From Octopus sinensis (Eukaryota), in NCBI RefSeq assembly GCF_006345805.1, contig NC_043012.1, forward strand, positions 41,788,001 to 41,852,000: 64,000 nt of DNA, in the 5' to 3' direction. How positions within the stretch are numbered: the stretch's first letter is position 1; every line of letters begins with the position of its first letter. Below the pieces are notes generated by a model that was not told the DNA's origin, did not search any database, and saw only the letters and a program-made list of their open reading frames with translations. This document shows, one piece after another, positions 53,136-64,000 of this stretch. The position numbers were made by a program, and so were the translations under genes.

Positions 53136-53468
53136 ATCACTGCGGAGCCTATGAACACCGACGTAGATCCTGTGAAAATTATATCGTAACTATTGATGAC
53201 ATCAGGTAGCCCAAACAGTTACACACACATACATATACATGGCTGGGGATTAGAATTTTGCTTCCTATCCACAGGTTCCTGGGTTCAATCCCACTGCGTG
53301 GCACATTGGGCAGCCTTTTTTACTATAACCTTGGGCCCACCAAAGCCTTGTGGATAGGGAAGATGGAAACTTAAAGAAGCCCGTAGTATATTTTCTTTTG
53401 TTTTTACTTTCTTTTACGTGTTCTGTAGTTGGACTGCAGCCATGTTGGGGCACCATCTATATGTATGA

Positions 53469-53523
<55 letters not shown>

Positions 53524-54129
53524 CAGCATATAAGAAAATGGAGAGGATATACAATCGACAAACATCAGTCAGTAAATATTCCATTATATCTATATCTAAC
53601 TGGGTAAATTTCTAATTTACCCCCACCCATACCTAGTATTCAATTGCAATATTGCCATGCAATAGTAAGCACTTGGTTAAAAATACGTAGGTACACATCC
53701 AGTAGTATATTGGATATTTAATATCGCTTAGATGGTTTATTAGCCTCTAACTCATACAGAAATATATATGTGTATATATCGGTATATATATTATGTCTGT
53801 ATATCTACTTATGTGTGCCTTTGTGTTTGTCTACACCACAGCTGGACAGTTGTTAGTGTGTTAACGTTTTCATCTGTTAACAGTTCGGCAAAAAGGGACC
53901 GATAGAATAAAGCACCAGACTCTAAAAAAATAAATACTGAAGGTCGATCCTCAGTGGAAGATTTATAATAATTGAAAAATAGAAGAGACATACAAAGAAA
54001 TGTACCCTATAGTTGATGTTGAAATTCCAAGGAAGGAGCCTTGGATCTAGGTTAGAAACTGGATCTTTCTCTATTGGCAAGAAATCTTGAAATAAAACTG
54101 AACAACGACATACATACATATTTATAGAC

Positions 54130-54670
54130 AGCAGGGTCTAAAAGTATTGTTATTTGTTTGGTGGGATATGAATGGTTTAGTCGACTTTGAACTTTTAAAC
54201 CCAAACCAAACGATAGCAAAGGAGATCTACTGCGAGTAGCTTGAACGGCTTAAGTCTGCGCTAGAAGTAAAACGACCATCTTTGGTTTCAAGAAGAAAGG
54301 TGTTCTTCCATCAGGATAATACTCGCCACATACAGCAAGGATGACATTTCAAAGGTTGGAGCAGTTTAAATGGGAAACGATGCCACATCCACCATATCCG
54401 CCGGACATTGCCCCCACCAGTCTTCAAAATCATTTAATCGGAAAAAATATGAATTCTATAGACGCGATCAGAACAGTACTGGAGGAGTACTTTTCGTTAC
54501 GGACAAGTGAATTTTGAAAGAGGGGCCTTACATGTCATCCAGATAGATGGAAGAGCATTGTAGAAAATGAAGGAGAGTTTATTTTAGATTTAAAAAGAAC
54601 TTTATCTTAATTTTGAAAAAAAAAACAGAAGTATAAAAAAAACTGCATTATTTATGGAATGACCCAATAC
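54130..54670 (+). mobile_element. Mariner (DD34D-type) transposase relic, C-terminal half plus right TIR
   Basis: KVLLFVWWD...G, FFHQDNT.., HPPYPPDIAP, RWKSIVENEG; TIR ...gcattatttatggaatgacccaata. Confidence 0.85.
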
Positions 54671-54675
54671 ATAGA

Positions 54676-54758
<83 letters not shown>

Positions 54759-54969
54759 TACATGCATACATATATATATATACACACATATACACATATA
54801 CATACACACATACGTATATAGATAGATAGACGGACAGATAGGTAGATAGAAGTATTTTTAAAAATCGCATTATTTATGGGATGACCCAATACGCATATAT
54901 ATGCGTATGTATCTATCTATCTATATGTGTGTGTGTGTATGCATGTATATATATGTATGTATATATAAA

Positions 54970-56131
54970 GAAACATTGGTTATAGTACAAACATTAAATT
55001 TGAGTCAACGACTTCATATATAACACCAAACCTCAAACATTAACATAACAGGATGTAAAAATATATATTCCAATAAAATAAAATACAAATAGAACGGCCT
55101 ATCAATAAGGTAAATATAAACGACTAAAATTTCGTAAATTACCAAAAAACTCATAGACAAAGATAAATAAATGTCCAACGACTATAACAGTTTTATCAAA
55201 CGATTAAAAATATGTTTTTAATATTTGAAAAATGTCGTTCTTGTGTGAGGGGAGTAAAAAGACTTTTTTCAAATATTTTTTTTAGATATTTTTAATCGTT
55301 TGATAAAACTATTTTAGTTGTTCGACATTTATTTTGGGGCCAAGCTTTTGGCCCAAAAGACTTAAGGGTGGCAAGGGATTCCCTTACACACAACTTACAC
55401 TTATTTATATTTACTCTGAAGTAAGGGGGCTCTCGAAATAACGGACCATTTCAGAGAGTAACTCTTATCATTCCTCTTTAAATCGTGTATATAAGTGTAG
55501 TAGAATTATAGTATTTTTCATTCAAAAAACGAGCTCATGTGGGCCCTATACCTAGCCTTAAGTCTTTTGGGCCAAGAACTTTGAATAGATTTACTGAGGT
55601 GATCCCTTTTTGCAACCCTAGGTTTTCGTCTACCTTCTGAAAGTGTTCATCCTGATCAGGGGGCCATCGCCGCCGTGATGCACTTTAGTGTAATTGAACC
55701 GCGGTGGTGAGCTACCGAAATGGCCATTGATGTATGTGAATTTGACCTGTGGATGTCTATTTATGAACTTTGGACGTACTTGCGTGAGGGGAGTAAAATG
55801 GCATTTTTCAAATATTTTAAAAACATATTTTTAATCGTTTGATAAAACTTTTTTAGTCGTTGGACATTTATTTATCTTTGTCTATGAATTTTTTGATAAT
55901 TTACGAATTTTCTGTCGTTTATATTTTACCTTATTGATAAGCCGTTCTATTTGTATTTTATTTTATTGGAATATATATTTTTACCTTCTGTACTTTTATG
56001 TATATTTATTATTTTTATGGGTTTGGGAACCACGGTGATTTTTTTTTTATATCTGATTAAATATTTGAGGTATGGTGTTATATATAAAATCGTTGACTCA
56101 AATTTAATGTTTGTTCTATAACCGATGCTTC
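54970..56131. mobile_element. MITE-like foldback element with ~270-bp TIRs and nested inner inverted repeats
   Basis: gaaacattggttatagtacaaacattaaatttgagtcaacg versus cgttgactcaaatttaatgtttgttctataaccgatgcttc; inner ttggcccaaaagacttaagg / ccttaagtcttttgggccaa. Confidence 0.8.
55648..55732 (+). ncRNA. Hammerhead-like motif with G8C core substitution
   Basis: CATC-CTGATCA-GG..CATCGCCGC...GCGGTGGTG..CC-GAAA-TGGCCA-TT-GATG. Confidence 0.55.
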
Positions 56132-56421
56132 ATCTTCGTCTCATTTATATTTGAGCACTTTTGCAGTCTTATAAACCCTTTTATTTCCATTTGAAGAGAC
56201 AATACAAGTCAAAAATTGTTAATTTGTAAATAAACGTATCTAAAAGAAACAAAATGATACAAATCTTCCGGGAAAATAGTTCCCTGTGTTTTGGATGATC
56301 TTCCTATGCACGATTAATATTTTTTTTATATAATCAGTAATCCTGAATGTAAAAAAAATTCTTTCTGAAAACTTGTATGTGTATATCTATCTTTGTATAT
56401 AGATATATACATGTAAGTATA

Positions 56422-56457
<36 letters not shown>

Positions 56458-56854
56458 TGTGTATTATCCGTTCGACTGCAAGAGAGCAGAAGGACGATAA
56501 CGATTTACTTTTCTCCGTCTCACTGCCTCATGTCTGCCCCGTTTCTCTGTTTGCTTGTCTGTCTGTCACTGTTTCCTGTGTAACCTTGCTGATGGCAAAT
56601 TTCTGTTACTAAAACAGCCATATTGACACACAGTGGTGTTCCGGGTGAAACGTCACTGTTAGCTTGGCAGCTGAATGTCGAATTGGAATGTTGAATTTAC
56701 TTATGATACATTAACTGGCATTAAATGGGTGTAGTTATATAGCATTTTTGTGTCTGTGTTTGTACATTTATATACGTGTATGTGTGAATGTATGTATTGC
56801 ATGTATGTTTGTGCATGTATGTATACATGTGTGTGTATATGTATATATATATAT

Positions 56855-57700
56855 CAGTGGTTCCCAACCGATTTTTGGCCATGCACCACCGAATCATTTC
56901 TAAAATCCTGATGCCCCCTTGTGATATTTAATTTTTGTTATTCAAAATTTGTTTAATGTTTACAATATTACTCGGAAACAAAGTAAAAAAAATTGTGCAA
57001 CGGATGTAAAAAAAAAATGTGTAGGAAACGAATATGAAAAACAAAATGCGCGGAAAGCAACGGGGTGGGTGAGGTCTTTGGAAAATTCACAAGATCCGAG
57101 ACTTCCCTCATAAGGTTTAGGAAAATGCTTTTTTTTAAATGAAATTTTATATAAATACCTTTCAACCGGCATAGATTACGATTATTAAGAAATTTGTGGG
57201 AAAATCTTTTCCAATGTGTGGGAGAGGACCTCGGAAAATTCACAAGATCCAAATTTTCGTCCATAATTTGGTGACAGTTTATCGTGGATAATGGATATAA
57301 ATCCAAATATTAAATATTCCTCTGAATTTTGACGAACTTTTTATACTTGCACTACTTATTTTATATATTTTTGAATCGACATAACTATAGATTTCTGAGC
57401 CCCCGACTTTGAATGATCATAACTTTGAGAAAAATGAATATTTTTAATGAAATTGTCTACGAATATGTGTTATATCATGTAGATTCGAAATATACAAAAT
57501 TTGGGGGGGAAAGTGTTTTAGGAGGGATTGGTGTGGGGAATTTCGGAAATCTCACCGGAGTCCAATTGGTCTTAACTTTCAAGAAAATAGATATTTTTTA
57601 ATGAAATTCTCTACACATATACCTCGGACGATGTAGATTCCGAGGACATAGGAATTTTGGGGGAAAACAACTGGAGGTTACTTTTGAGAACTGTTCCCCG
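56855..57700 (+). mobile_element. hAT-like non-autonomous element end with diverged internal tandem repeats
   Basis: Starts CAGTGGTTCCCAAC after (TA)n; ggaaaattcacaagatcc recurs. The other TIR was not found. Confidence 0.4.
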
Positions 57701-58296
57701 CAAGCGGGTGTTTCTAAACCAGTTATCCATATTTGTTTCATTTTCTCCGTATTTCGTCTACAAGGAGGTTTCTAACCCCAATTTGATGTTTGCTACAAGA
57801 AATAATTAGACGAATCAATTTCATGGGGCTGTTTCTCTCTTGTCTTTTAATTTCATGCATAAATTGAACATCGGACAAAATGCTTTGAGATATTTAGTTA
57901 TAGCGCTTTATCTACCAAGATCAAATCATACTGAAGTCAACTTTGTCTGTCAACCTTCTGAGGGTCAATAAAATATAGAACCAGTCAAATCGATAACAAT
58001 TGTCTCAACCCCATCTTCATATGTAGGCCTTGTACTGAGGTTAGGAATCCACATTGTTTAATAATATCCTACATTTAGATAAAGACAAAATGGTATGCAA
58101 TATAGTTTTCAATGCTCTGAGTTCAAATCCTACAGGGTCGATAAAAGAAAGTGCCTGTATAGAACTGGGTCGACGTAATTAACTAACTCTAAAAATTATG
58201 CCTTAATTAGGAAACATTAAACTTTAAAATACCGAAAGCCAGTGCTAATATACAGAGTTGTCGTCCGTTAAACGTTGTCATATGTTTATTTTGCAG

Positions 58297-58421
58297 TCAG
58301 TGGTCAACAGATGGCCGGAATGATGACCACTTCAATCGAAGACTTATCGCAATTACCTGTCTTGGAGGAAAATATCATTTTGAAACATTTACATGACAGA
58401 TACTTACTGCAGAAGTACTAT
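58297..58421 (+). CDS. Exon encoding the N-terminal start of a myosin motor domain (class unassigned)
   Basis: Acceptor tttattttgcAG at 58295-6, ATG at 58311, MAGMMTTSIEDLSQLPVLEENIILKHLHDRYLLQKYY, then a phase-0 GTAAGT donor at 58422. Matches the myosin EDLxxLxxLxExxIxxxLxxRY...Y|TY pattern. Confidence 0.8.
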
Positions 58422-59240
58422 GTAAGTCTTCTTTCTCTACTTCTTCCTCATGATCATCATGATCATCATGATCATCGTCATCATCGTCATCATCGTCATC
58501 ATCGTCATCATCGTCGTCGTCGTCGTCGTTGTTGTTGTTATTGTTGTTATTATTATTATTATTTTTGGTGTGTTGTCTTTTCTGTATTTGATGTAATTGG
58601 TTCTTAATGCTTGCTCTTAGGCAGCACTGAATAGAGCCTACGTTTCCCTTTTTTTAATGACTGTTAGCCATCCATAGCCATCTTTTTTCTCTGTATGTCC
58701 TATCTTCAACATTCCTATGAAATTGTCCGTTCTCGGCCACACTCAGTAAATTATCTAAATGCTTATAATATCAGAAGAGAATTAATTGATGGACGAATTA
58801 GGTTTAATATTTGTTTATAAATGGATTTACATGGAAACCTAAACACTGGCCAACCATTGTGATATCTCATTCGGGATATTTTCAGTTGTTCAATGTAAAC
58901 AGATTCTCATACCTACGTACATACCTACCTACCTACCTACCTACCTACCTACCTACCTACCTACCTACCTACCTACCTACCTACATACATACATACATAC
59001 ATACATAATACATACATAAATACAAGCACTCAAACGTACATACGTACGTACATACAAACATACGAGTATGCAGTTATATGTATATAAACCATGTTCTGGC
59101 TTATATGTAGAAAATATGTACAGACCAGTGTGTATATAGGCATATAATTGTGCGTATGCTTGAGTGTGTCTATGCATGTGTATGTAATGTATATGTGTAT
59201 GTATGTATATAAATATATATACATATGCATACATATATAT

Positions 59241-59300
<60 letters not shown>

Positions 59301-59317
59301 CATATGTACATATGTAA

Positions 59318-59360
<43 letters not shown>

Positions 59361-59509
59361 TACACATGTGATTGTGTGTGTGTGCGTGTGTATGTGTCTG
59401 TGTACTTGCACAGCAAAAGATAGATTGTCGAGTAATCGGTCAAGATGCAAAATTCTAGTGCAAACATCTTGGGGAAATACTTCAAACATTGAAAAAACAA
59501 ATCGAAAAT

Positions 59510-59567
<58 letters not shown>

Positions 59568-60339
59568 AATAATAATAATTTCTACTATATACAAAAATCC
59601 TGAAATTTGGTGGGAGGGGATTTAATTTATCAACCGCGAAAGGATGAAAGGCAAAGTCGACCTAATAATAATAATTTCCGAAATTATTAGCGAAAGGAAA
59701 GAAAGAACTAAGACAGTAAGAACTATGATTATATATTAACATTATAAGATAATTTGAAGACTACAGATCCAATCGATCAGTGGAATTGTAAAAATCTGTA
59801 AAACTTTCCAGAAATTTATAATTTTAAGTATACATGAGCATGTCTAGATATGTAACTATATACATGAGAATACATATATAAAACAAAACATACAAATATG
59901 CACATATACATACATACATGCATGCATACATACATATTTACAATGTATTCTGCGAAAAAGACTGTGCTGAAATAAACTTAGAAAACCCGTCTGTTGTGGA
60001 ATACATTCATAAACACCAACTCAAGAAGGAATATTGGTGGAATCAGACTCACTACTTCATGATTGTGAGCCCGATGCTCTAACCACTGAGACATGCTCCT
60101 TCACATATGTGAAGGTTCACAATCATGAAGTTGTGGGTTTGATTCCCGGACTGGATTGGGTGTTGTGTTCTTCTCAAAAAACAAAAAATAAATATATATT
60201 AGTGTGTGAGTGTGTGTGTGTACAGGGAGAGAGAGAGTGAGAGTGAGAGAGAGAGATGTTCAGAGAGAGAAAACATAAATGCACAAACATGTACACACAC
60301 ACACACACACGCACATACGCATATCTATGCATGCATAGA

Positions 60340-60527
60340 AATGGACAGACAGATAGATAGACAGACAGACAGATAGACAGATAGATATGCAGATAGATAG
60401 ACAAATAGAAAGATAGATAGACAGACAGATAGATACATAGACAGATAGACAGATAGAGAGATAGAGAGGCAAACAGATAGATAGATAGATAGATAGATAG
60501 ATACATAAATAGATAGATAGATAGATA
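60340..60527. repeat. (GATA/GACA)n microsatellite
   Basis: Directly visible; abuts the Tx1 3' end. Confidence 0.95.
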
Positions 60528-62645
60528 AGTTTCTTTATTGGCCACACAGGGCTGCACACAGATGGGACAAGTTACAAGGTAGAGCTTTTCTTTTGGGGGA
60601 TGAAAAAAACAAAAAACAAAAAAACAAAAAGGGGGGGGGGCGTAGGTTTTCGATCAAGAGGGATCGTAAAAGGGAAGAAAAGAACAAAAAAAAATAAATA
60701 AAATAAAAAAGAAAAAAACAAAAAAAAAGAAAAGGAAAAGGAACAAAAGAAAAGAGAAATGAAAAAAGAAGAAAAAAGGGGAAAAAGGGGAAGAGGAAAA
60801 AAAACGATCAATAGGGATCGTGTATCACAGTGTTATGATATATGGTGTAAAGGGGAAAGCAAGTAAGGTTTATCCGTGGGAAGAAAAGCCTACGAAAAAG
60901 ACCACGGTAACCTTGGTCAATATTGTTATATGTTACCACATTTGTTTGCAAGTGGGTAACCCTCTGTTTTCAATTTCTGGGTTCATAGGATTATGCTCAA
61001 GGTGGCTTCGTCATTCATACGTGCCATACTTCCTACATTCACCCATCTTTTTTTAAAACATTCGCTAGACAAAACTTGCCTCTCTACTCTCACTTTCCTT
61101 TTCAAGTGGTACTTGAAGAAGTTGATGAGAGATTGACCAGAGAGGAAAGTGTTTGTCTCCAATCCTTTCAGACGCGTCCACCAGATACATTCTTTCGCCA
61201 TAGCCACAAGGATGATGAAAATAGCTCTTCCTTCCCGTTTGAAGGAAGGAGGCGTGACAATATTGACGATAGACTCAGCTGATAAACCGACTCGCCCACA
61301 CGTGACAGCAGTTGTTCGACATAAGCCCCCAGGTCGGAAATTGTTGGACACTGCACGATTGCGTGCAGAACGGTTTCGTCGCTCTGACCGCATTTCGGGT
61401 AGGTCGGCCCCGTGTTTCTCGAGCCGTGTCTGTAGAGCTTATCCCGAACGGGTAGCGCTTCTCGGTAGCACTGCCAGGCCAGGGATCTCTGGAAGTTGTC
61501 CATGGGCCCTGGCCCGAAAGTCGTCCGGAATAGGCGGGTCAGGTACTCCTCGTCGACGTCCAGGTTCGCCCCGAGCTGTCGTCGTACCTCCCCTCCACTA
61601 ATCCCCTATAGAATGCTTTGGTGTGTTGAAGTCACTCAAGGTCGACCCAGACGGCAGAGTTGCTTGAGAACAACGCGACACTCGCGTGCTATTCGCCCTT
61701 CTCGCCTCTTTTTGATCCACGACTGCAGTTCGGTCATGGAGACGAGCTGCGGGAAAGCGTGCTTCACAAACGGCGACCACACCTGTTCACCGTCGTCTAC
61801 GAAGAGCCTGAGATGTCGCAGTCTCAGCGCGTGTCTGCGCATCATCAACCACGGCATGCCCAGTCCTCCTTTTAACGGGTGTTGACAGCAAATGGATCGC
61901 CTGACCATCGGGACGCATCCTTTCCACAAGAAGCGAAAGAGAATGCGTTGTAGTTTGGTGATGGTAGGGTCGGGACAAGGCACGACGGTCAGGCGGTAGT
62001 AGATGACAGACGCGATGTACGTGTTCGCCACCTCCGCCCGTCCTTTTAGGGACAGTTTCCTCTCGGCCCATTGCCATGCGAGAGTGACCACCCTACTCGT
62101 TATCTCGTTCCAGTTCTTCTCCACTTGGAGGTCCGGACCAAACCAGACCCCGAGCAACTCAACCGGGCCGTCGGTCCAGCGTCCCACGACGGAGGCGCTG
62201 GTGGACGGCATGGGCTTGCTTCTCCAGGTGCCTAGTCGCAAGCCCACTGACTTTTCCCGGTTGATTTTCGCTCCTGTCACCGCTTCGTAGTTTTTCAGTG
62301 TCTCGCCGACCTGCTCGATGTGCTCGTGGCTAGACACTATGACGGTGACGTCGTCCGCGTATGCAGACACGCTCGTCCCGCATCCCAGTTCTCGTGGGAT
62401 GCCCCTCAAAGTTGCCAGCTTCCGCAATAATGGCTCGAGAGTCAATACGTATAGAAGCGACGAGAGGGGGCATCCCTGACGGACCGAACGTGCGATGTCG
62501 AAGGGTCTCGATAGATGTCCATTCACGCGAATTACCGAACGGATGCCTCTGTACAAAGCGGCTATCCAGCCGCGGAAGACGGGACCGGAGCCAGCCGCTC
62601 TGAGGACCGCCTCCAAGTAACGATGGTCCACCCTATCGAAAGCTT
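60528..62645 (-). mobile_element. Tx1/L1-clade LINE copy A, 5'-truncated inside RT
   Basis: KAFDRVDH...SVRQGCPLS...AYADDV...LLGVW (61636-62631), C-terminal zinc-finger-like region with frameshifts, AATAAA then (TCTA)n. Confidence 0.93.
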
Positions 62646-62682
62646 TCGATAGATAGATAGATAGATAGATAGATAGAGAGAT

Positions 62683-62750
<68 letters not shown>

Positions 62751-62878
62751 TGACAGATAAACAGATAAACAGACAGATAGATATGTAGATAGATAGGCAG
62801 ATAGATAGTTAGATAGATAGGCAGATAGATAGATAGATAGATATGTAGGCAGATAGATAGATAGGTAGATAGATATAC

Positions 62879-62909
<31 letters not shown>

Positions 62910-62927
62910 TATATAGATAGATAGATA
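62646..62927. repeat. (GATA)n microsatellite between the two Tx1 copies
   Basis: Directly visible. Confidence 0.95.
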
Positions 62928-64000
62928 TGTTTCTTTATTAGCCACACAGGGCTGCACACAGATAGAACAAATTACAAGGTAGAGCTTTTCTTTTGAAGGT
63001 TTAAAAAAAAAAAGGAAGGGGGAGTTTCGATCAAAAGGGATCGTAAAAGGAGAGAAAGAGGACAAAAAAAGGGGGGTTAAAAAAAAGGGGGAGAGGAAAA
63101 AAAAATTGATCAATAGGGATCGTTATCACAGAAATGTCAATATGAAGTGTAAAGGGGAGGACAGGTGAGGTTTACCCGTGGAAAGAAAAGCCTACGGAAA
63201 AGACCACGGTAACCTCGGTCAATGGAGTCACATGTTATATTTCTTTTTTTTTTTTTTTTGCGAATAAGCAACTCTCTGTTTTCAATTTCTGGGTTCATAG
63301 GATCATGCTCAAGGTGGCTTCGTCATTCATACGTGCCATTCTTGCTACATTCACCCATCTTTTTTTAAAACATTCGCTAGACAAAACTTGCCTCTCTACT
63401 CTCACTTTCCTTTTCAAGTGGTACTTGAAGAAGTTGATGAGAGATTGACCAGAGAGGAAAGTGTTTGTCTCCAATCCTTTCAGACGCGTCCACCAGATAC
63501 ATTCTTTCGCCATAGCCACAAGGATGATGAAAATAGCTCTTCCTTCCCGTTTGAAGGAAGGAGGCGTGACAATATTGACGATAGACTCAGCTGATAAACC
63601 GACTCGTCCCACACGTGACAGCAGTTGTTCGACATAAGCCCACAGGTCGGAAATTGTTGGACACTGCACGATTGCGTGCAGAACGGTTTCGTCGCTCTGA
63701 CCGCATTTCGGGTAGGTCGGCCCCGTGTTTCTCGAGCCGTGTCTGTAGAGCTTATCCCGAACGGGTAGCGCTTCTCGGTAGCACTGCCAGGCCAGGGATC
63801 TCTGGAAGTTGTCCATGGGCCCTGGCCCGAAAGTCGTCCTGAACGGGCGGGTCAGGTACTCCTCGTCGACGTCCAGGTTCGCCCCGAGCTCGTCGTCGTA
63901 CCTCCCCTCCACTAAACCCCTATAGAATGCTTTGGTTGTGTTGAAGTCACTCAAGGTCGACCCAGGACGGCAGAGTTGCTTGAGAGCAACGCGACACTCG
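62928..64000 (-). mobile_element. Tx1/L1-clade LINE copy B, 3' part (continues beyond the window)
   Basis: ORF 63295-63954 ...PKCGQSDETVLHAIVQC...; 3'UTR homologous to copy A. Confidence 0.93.

Overview
AT-rich, microsatellite-saturated eukaryotic genomic DNA, most likely from an octopus. That is an inference from the recognisable tRNA-derived SINE family, the LINE spectrum and the (TA)n/(TAA)n/(CA)n/(TATG)n/(GATA)n load; no database was consulted. Almost all of the window is transposon debris: a CR1-type LINE (0-3.5 kb), a stack of R4/Dong-like RLE LINEs in (TAA)n tracts (10-25 kb, including a 2.1-kb tandem duplication), RTE and Tx1 LINE pieces, SINEs, a Penelope-like RT relic, a mariner relic, a non-autonomous Helitron and many long inverted repeats. 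The only convincing host coding sequence is one + strand exon (58297-58421) encoding the start of a myosin motor domain. The most striking signal is a set of type-I hammerhead ribozyme (HHR) motifs with palindromic stem III, found in several unrelated repeat families. They include a 396-bp tandem unit with two intact HHRs (retrozyme/circRNA-like), a circularly permuted 558-bp HHR unit in head-to-head inversion, and a ~2.9-kb element that combines Penelope-like terminal repeats and an HHR relic with a duplicated RRM-like/CCHC Gag-like ORF and no reverse transcriptase. All folds were parsed by eye, and element boundaries are approximate unless a motif is quoted.
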